A DNA stretch of 64,000 nt from the NCBI RefSeq assembly GCF_021028975.2, contig NC_059438.1, forward strand, positions 25,854,001 through 25,918,000, read 5' to 3'. This document shows positions 1 to 13,315 of this stretch, piece after piece. The stretch's first letter is position 1; every line of letters begins with the position of its first letter. The notes beneath the pieces are model-generated. The model was not told the DNA's origin. It did not search any database and saw nothing but the letters and a program-made list of their open reading frames with translations. Made by a program: the position numbers and the translations under genes. The stretch comes from Sphaerodactylus townsendi. Taxonomy: Eukaryota.

Positions 1-1901
1 GACATAGTTTTGAAAATGGAGCCGAAAACAAAAGTGGATGATCCCAAGGAGGACAGCTTCAAGAGAGTGGCGTGTTCGGTTGGAGTTCTGGTTTCTGAGT
101 CAGCCAGGTTGTTTTTAGGAAACAGAGTGACAGCTGAAACGTCTAAAAACAAAGTAGATGCCAGACTTTCAAAAGCTCCAGAAGACACTGCGAGCGAGGC
201 GGAGGGCCGGAGGGCCGGCTCGGTCGGACTCTGGCCAGGAGTAGGCCAGCCGGCTTCTGCTGGAGCCCTGGAACGAATGAGCGGCCCCTCGCAGGGCCTG
301 GCTGCTTGTCGCTGTGGGGCCCAGAGCCACCACCTTTGCCACTTGTCCCAAGGCCTGGCTCCGGCTCCTGCCTTGACTCAGGACGCGTGAACGTGGGGCG
401 GAGTCCGAGGCCTGGCATCCCCGGCATGGTGTGTTGCACACGGAGACCGGTGGGATGTTATTTTTCCTCTTGCTAATGTAATCCATTAGCCTGGCACATG
501 CATAATCAGTTTAGAGTGCAGTTAACTGGATGTAATCGAGTTCTTGCCTCGCTGCTGGAGAAAATCCTCTCCAGATGCCGCCTGGGTGAGAGAGGGAGAC
601 GCTCAGGGCTTATCAGGCCTGAAATCCCCCTGCCTCTGCCTTTTGGCCGCTTGGCTTTCCACTGGCTGCTCGAGTGGTGCAGGCGACGCTGGGCCGCAGC
701 TCCGGCACCCAGCCTCTGGGGTGTGGCTGGTCTGCAATGCAACTTCAGAGGATCCAGGAGCTTTGCGAGCACCAACTCAGGTTGTCGAATCAGGAACCAG
801 AGTTGAGGCATGAAGCCAGAAGTAAGAGGCTGGCCAGCTCACTCCCTGCATGGGTGGTGCGGACAGCTCTCAAACAGGGGAGAGGTGGCTAGCTTGAAAG
901 GGGAGCTCTTTCTGCTGGTGGGTTTGCTTTTCTCTGCTGCGGGGGGGGGGGTGTGTCCAGTGGTGTTCTGTCTGAGGAGGGAGGAAAGGAGTTGATTGGT
1001 TGGCTCTCTTCCTGTTCCAAAAATGCTTTGCTCTGCCTTCAGGGTCTTCTGTTCCCCACAGAAAAGGCCCCGGCCGAAATGTCCTTGCTCTCATGGCAGC
1101 TCCCTCCGTTCATCTGCTTTTTGACAGGTGGGCGGGATGCCTGGTCTCGCACCCCCGGAGGACCAAGATGCCAGGGACGGTAGCATGGATGGTCCTTCCT
1201 GTGCCCCCCATCACCACTGCAGGGGCCCCTGACCTTGGGGTGGCATGCCTGTGGTGCTTTGCCCAGCTCTCCACGTTGCCTGCCTGTGCCCTCCAGGTGT
1301 TGTCCCCTCCCGGAGTCCCGCCTGCAGAAGGCATGTTGTGGGTCCTCTTTGAGCCTGAGCAGCAGAGCGCCCTCGTCCGTCTGATGGAAGACCGCCAGAC
1401 AGCAGCCTGGTCTCTGGACAGCCCGTTTAGGTGGCTGCCACTGAAGGATGGCCGTGGCCAGGGAGGCAGCCCCGAGCCCTTTCTTCTGTGCAGGTCTCCA
1501 GGGTCTGTGGGAAGAAACTTGCCCTCTGACTGGGGCTTGGAGAAGAAGCGCCGAGCCTCTTGGGTGCAGAGTGATGCCAGACAGGCCGAGGCCTTTGGAC
1601 AGCCAGCTGGGCTCTTCTGACATGTCTTCCCCCCCCCTTCTGCAGTGTCCTTTTGCTTCTCATGGCAACAGCCCAGATCTGGGGCTGAGTTGGCTTGAGG
1701 CCTGTGGGGAAGGGGAGAGAAGGGGAAGGGGGCAGTGGCAAGGGGAACCACCAGTCCTGGCCCCAGACAACCTGCCCCCCAGCTGGATGGACCAGAGTCT
1801 GCTGAGTCATTGCAGTGGCCTGGTTCGTATGCAGGAATCCTTCCAAGGGCCTCCCTGCCTCACCTGCAGTTTCTGCTCCAAGCATTCAAAGGCCTGGATT
1901 T

Positions 1902-2203
1902 GAAGAAGAAAAAGAAGAAAAGTTGGATTTATATCCCCCCTTTCTCTCCTGTAAGGAGACTCAAGGGGGCTTACAAACTCCTTTCCCTTCCCCCACCCCC
2001 ACAATAAACCCCCTGTGAAGTAGGTGGGGCTGAGAGAGCTCGGAAGAATTGTGACTAGCCCAGCTGGCGTGGGTGGGAGTGCACAGGTTCATCTGAATTC
2101 CCCAGATAAACCTCCCCAGCACAAGCGGCAGAGCAGGGATTGAAACCCAGTTCCTCCAGGTTAGAGTACACCTGCTCTTCACCACTTCGCTACTGCTGCT
2201 CCC
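1902..2203 (-). mobile_element. tRNA-derived SINE, Squam3-like (gecko type), near full length
   Basis: The reverse complement starts GGGAGCAGCAGTAGCGAAGTGGTGAAGAGCAGGTG (A-box-like) and ends GATATAAATCCAACTTTTCTTCTT with a (CTT)n tail. Homologous to the copy at 50611-50889. Confidence 0.85.
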
Positions 2204-5200
2204 TTTGGGTATTGCGTATTGAGGCCAAGTTGAACCCTTAAGACATGGATTGGTCTCTGCAGCTGTGGACAGCGTTAGGACTGCAAGGTCTGTAGGTGGT
2301 CAGAGAAGACCCTGGGCTGACCCACAAGGGCTGTCTCAGAGAGAGGGAAAGGGCTTGTCAGGTTCCATGGGCTGATCAGGTTTAATGGAAAGGCTGACTC
2401 GTATAGAAGTGTCCAGACGCCTGCAGCTCTGCCCCTCCTGGGAGGGCAGCTGGTTGACACTTTGGCAGAGTCTGTGGTGCACAGGAGCCGCCCGGGGGGC
2501 TGAGCAGGGCAGCTGGGGCTCTGGGGGAAACCCCCCTGCCTCAGACCTAGAGCTCCAGGCTGACCCCTTGGCGTTGTGGGTGGGAGGCCATCGCTCACTT
2601 GGCTGAAGGAAGGTCGCTCAGGCTTGCCTGCACTTTGGTCAGTTGCAGCTCAGGCCCCTGATGCTGCAGAGGAGTGTCCCTTGGAAACCAGGAGCCCAAA
2701 GACGGGGCTGTTGGTTGTGAGGCAGTCACGTGTATTTCCTGCTCTGAGAGCTGCACAGATATGTATGTGTGGGTCAGAAGCAACCGGAGAACACCGACGC
2801 CCCATGAGGGCGGGGGATCAGGGAGGTGTGGAGAGGACGGATAAAGGAATTTCCCCATGCCAGAATGTCACCCGCTTCCTTCCTGTCCCATGGTTTTAGC
2901 TGCCCCCTGAGTTCCAGGCTGCAAGCCATCCACATGGCTATTAGATACAATTCAAGAAATGCTATTTGGATTACATTGTCCCCTTACACCTGTGTAGGTT
3001 GAATAAAAATGTTCCCTCCTCCTGGTAGCCGGTGCAAGCGTCTTCGTGGCAAGAAAGGAGAGAACAGGTTGTGACACCTTCATTTTGGAATCCTCAGAAA
3101 GGTGGAGGAGTTCTTGAAAATGTCTAGCGTTCAATGCCAGTCAGTCACCGCCATGAAGGAGTAGACTCGCAAGCCCTCCCTCTTCGCTTGGGCCTCTGGG
3201 AGGCTGGAAAACCCCAAATCTCTGCCTGGTGACACTGTCCCTTTCCTTCGGCATCCACAGTTACAAAAACAAAACGAAAACTGTGCAACCGTCACGGCTG
3301 CTAGCCACTTGCCAAAGAAACACAGCCCCCTTTCCCTGCACTCGGTCCTTCGCTGGGACAAGCCTGTGTTTGGCTCATCAGAATATTCTCAGGCGGAGCC
3401 CGTCTTGCGTCTAGCAGAAGCCCGAGCAGCTTTCTGGTGCAGCTGGGCAAAGAAAGGGACCGTCCCTCCTTCTCAGGCTGTTTTCATTCTCCTTTCTTCA
3501 ACTGCGAGATTCCTCCTTGGCCTCGGCCAGCCCTGCCTGTACCTCCTCATCCCAGAAGAGTCCAGAGGCACCGATGGCTCCAGGCAGATTCCTGAAGGAG
3601 CGGTCCCTCAGCAGATGCTAGCCCTGGTGACTGAGGGCATCTGCAGCAGCAGTAGGGGAGGGCCTTGGTCTGGGGGCCCTGCTTGTTGCGCCCTCTCCCA
3701 CCAGGCATGGGGCAGGATGCTGTACGCGAGGGACCACCCTGGCCTGACCCAGCAGGGTGGGCTCCCCTGGAGTTCTGGAACCCTGCCTAGTTCTTCAAGT
3801 GCCCTTAGACAAGTGCCAGGGTCAGCCCAGAACCAGCGTCTGAGGCTCCCAGACTTCCTGGAAGAGATGGCTGCTTGTTCCCAGGCTGACTAGAGCAGCT
3901 TTGGCACGTGGCTTGGCTGCGTGGGAGGAGTGGCTGGTCCGAGGGGGATAATCCAAGACCCGTCTGTGTTTCTGAAGATGAATTGTACCTTAAAAATAGC
4001 AGCAAGAGGCAGAGAAGACCCAGACTGGGACTGGGGGCAGTTAGGGTTTCTCAACTGGACCTGCTGGACGTCACCACAGAAGGGAGGGGGGCTGTTGGCA
4101 GCTTTGGGCTCCCATTGAGGAGAAAGGGAGAACAATTAATGAATGGGGACCATGGCCAGCGTAGTAGTAGACTGATGGTGGTTTTTTGGGTGATGGCTCG
4201 TAGGAGTTGTGTGGGAGAGTACACTGTGTTTTTTTAGATTTGTAGATGTAGGGAGCATAAAATCTCACACGTATCAATTTAGATAATCAAGTTACACATT
4301 CACTGTATTAGCTTTGAAGGTCCTATCCAAATCGAATCTGAAATATTCTTACCTATATGTCTCCCCACCCCCACCCTGCCCCAATGGGTGGGTGCTCTTA
4401 ATTGCCTGTCAGCTGTGGCACTAATTAGTCGCACGCGTGCCGAGGGGGCCCGGTGGCCTCCGTTCTGTTGGAGGACCTGAACGGACCACCACCGCCAGTG
4501 GACAGAAGGCCCGGTTGCTTGGGGGTTTCAGAAAGTCTTGGCAGGAGCTGTCCATGCCTTGGGCTTATTCTTAAACACCGAAAGGAAACTATATGCTTGA
4601 TTCTCAGGGATTTTTAATTATTCCATTGAAGACAGTTTCTGCATAAAACTTTGACTTTGTTGAACATTTGAGCCACGCTTGCGTCATTTTTTTCCTAATC
4701 AAATGTTTCAGTCTGAATATGCATTGCTATTGAGACGCAAAGGTAGAAGCGGGGGACTTTAAGAATGTGTTTATTCAACACAAGTCAAAATGAATGTGCT
4801 ACATTAGGACCTGCTCTGTTTAGGGCATCCAGTGAGTTTCTGGCAACTTTCTGGTACTTTTTTTTCTGAAAAAAGCTCCTTCCTGGAATGGGGCAGCTGG
4901 GTTCTTTCTGTCCGCGGGAGAGCAGCTTTCCTCTTGGGCCAGGGGGCCCTGCCTTCTGCCGGAGCAGCGAGTGCGTATTGGCTCTCCTGGCCTTGCAGCC
5001 CAGCATGCCTTGGGCTCAGGTGCTGCCGGAGAGGTGGCTGTGGGCCCCCTCCCAAGTCCCCTGCTGGCGTGGCAGCCCCTTGCCTCCTCCACACCAGCTA
5101 CCCAAACACCTGCAAGCTGGAAGAACTTGGTGCAATTGATTTTTTAAAACTTGGACACCAAAATCACTTTTAGTCAATTGGCTGCGACCTTTGTTAGACG

Positions 5201-5280
5201 TCTGGGCTAAAGCCGTGAAAAAAGGAAGCGGTAGACCGGCCTGCATGGAGGTGAAAGCAGAGAACTGGTCATAGCACATG

Positions 5281-5516
5281 AAGCCAGTCTGGTGCCATAG
5301 TTGGAGAGTGTTGGGCTGGGAACCGTCAGGTCCAGGCTCAAATCGCCACTCTTCCGCGGAGGCTAAGCTGCAAGACAGTCAGCCAGACACTCGCACACAG
5401 CCTAGCCTACCTCACTGGGTTTTTGTGGGCATAAATTGAAGAAGTGGGGGGGCAGCCAGACCATTTGGGTCTTTATTAGGGAGAAACAGATGGAGTAGCT
5501 GTGAAGTAAATAAATT
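5281..5516 (+). mobile_element. Old, diverged tRNA-derived SINE
   Basis: agccagtctggtgccatagttggagagtg head, ggctcaaatc B-box remnant, gcctagcctacctcactgggtttttgtg core, (TAAA)n tail. Confidence 0.55.
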
Positions 5517-6010
5517 GTGTTGATAGAACTTTCCCCCAGCATTGAGACAAATCCAGAACCCACCAGCCAGGATGACAAAAAACAGTGTGCAAGCTTTTGG
5601 GTTCACCAGAACTCTTCATCAAGTGTTGCAGAAATTAAAAAAATAAATGAAGGGGAGTGGGGGAGAACAAGGTGCCACCTCGGGCCGCGATCTGGTGATG
5701 CCGGCTGCCTGGGCCAAACGCTGAGTCCATCAGCCTTGCAGGTTTTAAACAGAGCTGCTCCCCTCAGTCCGTGGCAGCCGGGCGGCACAAAGGAAGGGTT
5801 GGCTTCTCTCCTCTGAAGCAGGCCCGTCCGGTCATTGTCTCTGCCATGTCTCTCTCACAGCCCCGTCGCTGAGGGCAGAGCTCCTCCCAAGTAGATTTCA
5901 TTAAGCTTCAAATCTTTCTATCAAACTCTCTGTTTTTGTTTTAATGTAGTTAATGTTTCACAAATGCCTGATTAATATTTGGCAACGTTAATTTACTGAA
6001 GGATGTATAC

Positions 6011-6653
6011 CAGGGGTCCCCAAACTTTTTAAACAGGGGGCCAGTTCACTGTCCCTCAGACTGTTGGAGGGCCGGACTAAAAAAAACTATGAACAAATTC
6101 CTATGCACAAATGATTGTAAAATGTTTGATTTCACCTTTCAGCCTTTCTGTCATGGTCTATTTTTAGAACAGTGACCAAAGTATGTCAAATTACAGGGTG
6201 GGCTCCAAATATTGTTACTGGGGAGGCTGTGGAATACCTTCCCCTGGAAGAAAATAAAGCAGAACGTTCCCAGTGAAGCATTCCATTTACCCCAGCATCA
6301 GGTATCTTCCTGGGGTATTCCTCCCTAGCATCCAGCGAGAGATTCGCCAGCCTGGCTGATGCCAATGGGAGTGAGGCGGAACAGAAAGCCTGCGAGCAAC
6401 ACATGGAGTAGCTGAGAGGGAAGGGCGGAGCAGGCGTTGCCACATGTAAGGTTTCCAACTCTGGGTCAGAAAATTCATGGAGATTTGGGGGCGCCATCAT
6501 GTAACTGCAGTCAACAGCCGTTGGGGCCAGTTCCTCCTTTCCCTCGAGCCCCCACTGCACATGAATGGAGCCATCGCTGCCATGCCTGGCGGGCCGGATA
6601 AAAACCTTCAGGGGGCCACATTTGGCCCCCGGGCCGTAGTTTGGGGACCCCTG
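6011..6653. mobile_element. Non-autonomous hAT (Charlie/OC1-like) DNA transposon
   Basis: Terminal inverted repeats (TIRs) CAGGGGTCCCCAAACT / AGTTTGGGGACCCCTG and a perfect 8-bp TSD ATGTATAC at 6003-6010 and 6654-6661. Confidence 0.95.
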
Positions 6654-7529
6654 ATGTATACTGTCCCCCCCCCCCCCCGCATCCAAAGTTTAACTCCTGG
6701 CTCATTTACAGTGAAATCAACATAATCCCAGCAATATGTCCAATTTCTATCAGACAGCCTGAAAAGATGCAGCTGCCCTTTATAGCTTTCCACGAGAGAA
6801 TCTGATTCTTTGTTCACCTTCCCAAAACAGGTAGCTTGGCATGCTTGGCAGGAAATAAGGCCTATGGGAAGCCTCCATGTCCCCTTGGGCACGGCTTCTG
6901 GCATAACCTCCTCCTGCCCCAGAAGTGCCCTTGCCCAGCTGGAGAAAGAAGAGGTGGCACTCCAAGCAAGCCCCCAGAAGGGCGCTGGAAAATGTGGCCC
7001 CGTGAGGTATGAGCCTCTCAGACCATCCCTGGAGGGAAGGGCCAGGGCCTCGAATTGGCTCTAGGTAACTTGCTCATGAGCTACACCTGAAAGAAGGTGT
7101 TCTTAGAATCTGTGCCCACTTACTTTCCTGTCAGTCAGGTGCAATCCGAGAAGATACTTGAGCTCTTTAATGGCTCTGTTAGAGGTAATCTGATCCCATC
7201 TACTGCTGGCAGCCTCTGACAAGAATCTCTGCCTTCCCAACTGGCATTGATTCTGTCCTGACTAGATTCATTTCCAGTTTGTTTTGGGTGAGTCAACAAA
7301 CACTTGCTTTTTTTGACCCGTCCCTCAGTGCCCTGATCCTGCTTACTTTCCCTGCAGTCGGCCAGCATCCAACGGGACTGCTCAAGTGCTGAAGGACCCT
7401 GAGAAGGGTCGGGGGACCATGATGTCGGGGTGCAGAAAACAATTCAAGCAGACGGCACCAGGCGGGCAATGGCTCTGCCAGAGCCCCACGAGGGTTCCAG
7501 AAATTAGGCAGCCAAGCAAGCAGGATGCT

Positions 7530-8030
7530 GTCTACCCAGGACAGAAGTGATTTCCCCACAATTCCATGGGGTCCCTCCCCCAAGTTCTAGTAGTATGAGA
7601 GAGGATGAGAAAGTTCCCTCTCTCCACTTTCTCCAGCCTACACAAAATTTAACTAACCTCTCTTACGTCTCCCATAGCGATCCTTTTTCTAGACTGAAAA
7701 GTCCTGGACTCTCCAGCCTTTCCTTGTAGGAAGCCCTCTCATCAATGTGGCTGCTCTCCTTTGTACTTTTTCCAGTTTTGCCATGTCTTTTAAGAGATAA
7801 CGGTGATGAGGACTACACACAGAATTCCAAAAGGGACCGTGTCATAGAACTAGACGGAGGATTACAATGTGGGCTATTTTATTTTCAGTTCCTTTTCTCA
7901 CCATTCCTTGCATGGAGTTTGCCTTTTTCACTGCTGCCGAGCACTGGATTAACATTTTCATCATGCTCTCCACTACAACCCCAAGATCTTTCGTTCCCAG
8001 CAGCAGCCAATTCAGACTCCGTTGGCACGC
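7530..8030 (-). mobile_element. CR1 LINE ORF2 fragment (boundaries approximate)
   Basis: Typical antisense CR1 motifs such as ctctctccactttctcc, tttttctagactgaaaagtcc, ccagttttgccatgtcttttaagagat and actacaaccccaagatctttc. Confidence 0.7.
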
Positions 8031-8619
8031 ATGTATTCACGGTTGGGTTATTTTTGTCCCAATCTGCATCGCTTTTTACTTACTTACATGGAATGATCCT
8101 ACTAAGCAAGAATGCTCAACGTCTGCAAAACAGCTTCTTTCCAGAGAGCTGCCAGGGCTGCAAGTTGCAACCATTTAAGAAAGGTTCAAATAAGATACTA
8201 TAGACCTGATCCAGTTTTGGTCAAGAAAATAATTCAGCACAAGGCTTCTCAAGGCGGATCCAGCTTAGCTCCGCCAAGGAAAATCTGGCTTTCCCCACGG
8301 TCCAACATGTTCCAAGTGCCGGTGAAGTCTGGCTCAGAGGGCAGCCCGAGCGTGACTGAGGATTGCTCAGGACGGCTGAAGTGGCACACGAGGATTCAGA
8401 CATGAGCCCTCATTTGTCTTGTGGATAAGTCTGGGCAGTCCTCTGCTGGGCTATCCAGGCTCCTCTTTGTTCTAAAGGGCATCTACTTGTGCTGCAAGTC
8501 ATAGCTCTTGTGTTTAAAGAGGACTGCGAGAAAGCCCCTTTATGAAGTAAACAGCCTCGAGGCAAGCAGGAAGTGCACAAAAGTCTTCGGGGTCTTCAGT
8601 TTTTATTCACTGGGTGGAA

Positions 8620-9240
8620 GGATTCTCTCCCCCCTGGAACGTCTTGTTTGCCGCCTTCTGTATTTTTTCCAGCTCTGCAATATTATTTTTGAGATCTAGT
8701 GAGCAAAATTGCACACATTTCTCCAAATCAGGTGTCACTCCAGCTTTGTACAAGGGCGTTACAATATTAGCCACTTTCGTTTCAATTCATTTCAACCCAG
8801 CGTGGAGTCGGCCTATTTCAGCTCAGCTCTGCACCGTAGGGGAACGTTTGCAAGGAGCTGTCTGCTGTAGCAAGAGGCAAGCAATAGCTGAGCACCCCGT
8901 TGGTCTCTTGCCTTGAAAGTCCTTCCAGCTCATCCTAAGTCCGCTGACCCTTGACAGCAGCTTCCACCATTATGTCTTGTAACCCTGAGATCTCTTCCGC
9001 TCACATTGTCAGCCAGTTCACACCTATTTGCATACATTTAAAATGGGGATATCGTGCAGCTCCAGTATGACCTTCTACTTGCCTAAACATGTCTGTGTTC
9101 ACTCATCTAATACAGAGAGGTTCTCCTAGAGCTCTTCATAATCCACCTTGGTTTCTACCATTCTGAATGCTTAGGTATCATCTGCAAACTTGGCCACTGT
9201 GCTGCTCAATTAAACAGCACTGGTCCCTGTAGCAATCCTT
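8620..9240 (-). mobile_element. CR1 LINE ORF2 fragment (boundaries approximate)
   Basis: tttttccagctctgcaata, tatcatctgcaaacttggcc (antisense of the KFADD reverse-transcriptase motif) and ttaaacagcactggtccc. Confidence 0.7.
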
Positions 9241-10122
9241 GTGGGACTCCCCCCTCCCACCCCCATACTCACCTCCCTCCTTTGTGAGAGATCTGTCTGC
9301 TTATTTGAATTCTCTGCTTCCAGATGTTCCTGGTACCTTTTTGTTGGCCTTCTAGAAGATGGGGCTGAGTGGTGGGGAAGGGGTGATGAATCCAGGACCT
9401 GCCTTCTGGTTCTCTGTTGTTGCTTCCCCCACCCCCACCCCCCTTCTGGCTGCAATTCAGTGGAAGCTCGTGATGGTCGAACTGTTCCTTTTTATCTGTT
9501 TGATTTTCCTGCTGTGTTTGTGGTCTTTGATGAGGTGAAGGTTTTATCGTCTTAGGTTGCCCTTCTCCTTTCTGCTGCTGCTGTTTGCATGTCGGCGTCT
9601 GTGAGCCGTGCTGGGTGTCTTGGCCTAAGGCTGGCCTGTAAACAGGAAGCAAACCTAGGCGATGTGCATTAGGAGGGCTTGGCCAGCAGGAACGGGGCTG
9701 CTTCTGGGGACCTGGTAGCTTTGACATCTAAAGCGAGTGGTCACCTGGGCAGAGTCAGGTGGGAAGAGATTCACTTCTTTTAGCGTGGGAGTGGAGGGGA
9801 CCATGGTCCTTTCCAGAAGGCGGTGCGGCTTGGCGGGGGCCCCATTAGAATGGTCTTCCTTGAGGAATGGCTATAATGAATGATTAATTAGCATGCTTGG
9901 AACGGCTGCACCCTCCTCACGGGGGCAGGGGGGCGGACCTGGTTTGGCCCTGGCCTCTCCGCCACATGTCCAGCTTTCCCCAGGGAGGGGGCCGGTCTGC
10001 TCTCGGAAACCCGCCTGCCGAGCCGCCTCGTTAAGAGCAGGTCCGTTTAGCTGGCCTGCCGAAGCTGGGCCTTGGCCTCCCCCTGGGCTTTGGCCCCTCC
10101 TCATTAAGCAGGTTGGGGCTAT

Positions 10123-10502
10123 NNNNNNNNNNNNNNNNNNNNNNNNNNNNNNNNNNNNNNNNNNNNNNNNNNNNNNNNNNNNNNNNNNNNNNNNNNNNNN
10201 NNNNNNNNNNNNNNNNNNNNNNNNNNNNNNNNNNNNNNNNNNNNNNNNNNNNNNNNNNNNNNNNNNNNNNGAGAGGAACAAGGCTGACATCTTGGAACAA
10301 TTGTATTTACAATTNNNNNNNNNNNNNNNNNNNNNNNNNNNNNNNNNNNNNNNNNNNNNNNNNNNNNNNNNNNNNNNNNNNNNNNNNNNNNNNNNNNNNN
10401 NNNNNNNNNNNNNNNNNNNNNNNNNNNNNNNNNNNNNNNNNNNNNNNNNNNNNNNNNNNNNNNNNNNNNNNNNNNNNNNNNNNNNNNNNNNNNNNNNNNN
10501 NN
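10123..10502. other. Two assembly gaps (10123-10270 and 10315-10502) flanking a 44-bp sequence island
   Basis: Runs of N. Confidence 1.
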
Positions 10503-11889
10503 GCTCTCTGTCTTCAGGCTGAGCAGGATTGGCTTATAATGAGGCTCTGGGGGTGGGACACAAGCCCACCGGCCAGGTGTTTGCTCCAGTTATTGGGGGG
10601 CTCAAGGAGATTCCGGTTCAGCAGCAGGAATTGGAGGCTCCTCTTGCCCGCATGCAGCAGGGTGTCCGTGTGCCCCCGGAGGTGCCACCTGGTTCCATCT
10701 GCAAGAGGTGGGAAGGAGCAGTGTGGGTAACCCAAGGTCAGAATGATACAGCTGCTCCTTTGAAGAAGCTGAAGTCCCCCCCCCCCCCCGCTGTTCCTGC
10801 CTCTTGGCTCCTCTCCCACCAGCCCTGGGAAGGAGAGGGGGAGGCTTGGCTCCATCGGGTGGGGCACAGGAGAAATCCGGTCATGGGTCCTCTTGTGCTG
10901 CTGCACCCGGGGGCGGGGCGGGGGGGGGGCTGAGGATCTCCTTCGTGCTCCCAGTGGGGTAGCTGGAGGGGAGCCTGAACTTCTGTTGAGCAGATAACTC
11001 CAAATCCCCTCCAGAGAGCGGGGCTGCCTGGCTGTTGCGGTGCGCGGCTGATGCCCTGTCCACATGCCTTGGGAGGCCCTCGTGCCCCCCCACCCACCCC
11101 CCACCCACCTCCCCAGCCGATGCAGAATGGATCTTGGAAGGCAGGAAGGTGACTTAGCAGCTTGGGCATTGGGAACTGCTGTGCTGCAGTGCGTGTAAAG
11201 GGTCCAGATCCCAAAAAGTTCAGCTCTCCTGACCCCATGCAGCTCCCACTCAGTGACAGGGAGTGAAGGGCAGGTCTCCGCACTGCTTTTCTGGCTCCCT
11301 TGGGACGGGGGGGCACTAGAAAAGCCCACGGCCACCTCCAGGGGCGAGTCTCAAGGGGGGACGGCAGGCAGGGTGAGCATCCCAGAAGCACACGGCGGCA
11401 GCCTCAGGAGCTCACCAGAGAAAGCACGGGGTTGGAGAAGAAAGAGGATACTGGGCCAGAAGTCCTGCAGTGGACATCTGTCTGTAGCCTCCGTCTTGCA
11501 AAGCAAAAGCAGTGCCTGCCCGGGCCAGAGGCTGGGCCTCGTCCAGAAAGTCTCCTCGCCCCCGCTGCCCTGGGCCAGTGCTGTATCGCAGTGGGCTACA
11601 GTATGGGTGAGAAGGCAGTGCTCTGTTGTGGCTTCGTGGGAGATGTCACCTGGAATAGAACCAGAGACTGGAAAAATGTAGGATTGCGCTTAAGCCCCGT
11701 GCTTCCGGCATCATGTTCCCAACACCTCCCATTTTCAGACCCCGTGCCACCGGCTGCCGTCTCGCGCCACCTGCTCTGCAAATTTAGGCTGTCTTGAAGG
11801 TGCCGGTCAGGACAGATGGACCAAAGCCACTCTTCCTGGTTCTGCTACTACGCAGGTGAGCCGCCTCGACTCGTGCCATTTAAACCCAA

Positions 11890-12545
11890 GTACAGAATCA
11901 TAGAGTTGGAAGGGCTATACAGACCATCTAGTCCAACCCCCTGTTCAATGCAGAATCAGCCTAAAGAATCCCTGGTCAGTGTTTGTCTAGCTGGGAGCTC
12001 ATCAACTCTCCAGGCAGCCGACTCCACTGCTGAACTACTCTCGTTGTAAAGAAATGTTTTCCTAATGGCTTTCTGCCCATCATTTATACCCATAATTGCC
12101 AGTCCTGTCCCGTGCTGTGAACTGGAATAGCCCCCTGCCCTCCTCCATCATGCCCCCCTGAGCCTCCTCTCCTCCAGACCGAACATTCCCGAGTCCCTCA
12201 GCCTTTCCTCCTGGGGTTTGGTCTCCAGCCTCCCCCCCCTCCTCCTCGCTCTCCTCTGCACCCACCTCACTTTTGGCCACAGCCCTTTTGGAGTGAGGCC
12301 TCCAGAACCACATGCAAGACTCTGGGTGAGGTCTGACCCAAGCAGTGTTGAGTGGGGCCATGACATCTTTCAATGTGGATGTTATCGCATTAGCCTTTTT
12401 TGTCTCAGCATCACCGTGCCTGCTCATCTGTAGTTTACAGCCCACCTGTACCCCAAGATCTTGCTTGCACATTCTGCTACTCAGTAGTTCACACACACAC
12501 ACTCCCATCCAGTAGAGCCAGGATTTTTCAGCTCTGAAGCCTGGG
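11890..12545 (-). mobile_element. CR1 LINE 3' end
   Basis: agaatcatagagttggaaggg...ccatctagtccaacccc is the reverse complement of a CR1 3' terminus, followed by ORF2 C-terminal remnants. Confidence 0.8.
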
Positions 12546-13315
12546 GGCTTTCTGTGGAGAAAGAGACGGTGCTTCTGGGTCACACTCCCTCTGACAACTC
12601 AGGGCAGCGTCCGTGGTGGCTGCTCCCTTTGGTCCTCACAACCACCCTGCGTAGTAGGCTTGGATGAGTGGTGGGACACAACCAGCAGGCATCATGACTG
12701 AGCCACTTAGGGGCCTGAACACGGGTCTCCTGAAGCCGGCTGCATCACTTTGAACGCAGGGGGACCCTGGAACTCTGGCTGCTTGGAAGCCCGCCGGTGG
12801 CCCGCCTGAGTGGGGCTTTGGCCACTGCCTGGCTCTGTGGGCAGCCCCTCCTTGAACAATGCGTGGTCCTTTCTGGGCCAGGGGTCTGATTAACCCCTTC
12901 TTGGCCTAGTTTCGCTTTCCTCTGCCCCCTTCCCCTCGGGTCTTCCTCCAACCTCCCTTCCTGTTCCTCTGTTGCAGTCAGCTGGCTCCTCTGCGGCATC
13001 TTCTCCTTCCTTCAGCCTTCTTGCCTCCAGGCTGCTGGTCCTTTCAGCTTTCCTTTGCCCAGGACCTCCTGGCCATTCGCAGCCAGAGGCGCTCTTCCCA
13101 GCCCCGCTGACCATTCCTCCTTCCCTGGCAGAAGGTGGGCCGCAAACAGTTTCTGCAGCAGCTCAGCTGGGGGGTATCCGGAGGCTTCATGGCGGACTGC
13201 GCCAGCCCCGCCAGCCTCCGCCTCTTCTTTAGCCCAACGGTCCAGGTTTGGTCTTCTGCTGTGCTGAGGGTGGCCGAGGGTCTGGATCGATGCTGCTGCC
13301 GCTCCCTGGGTGATC

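Noticed and set aside
8050-8600. Unassigned sequence between two CR1 fragments, possibly another insertion
   Set aside because: I could not recognise termini, a TSD or protein motifs in the frames I examined.
9871-10730. ORFs containing X runs, here and at 24284-24711
   Set aside because: They read through N gaps and are artefacts.
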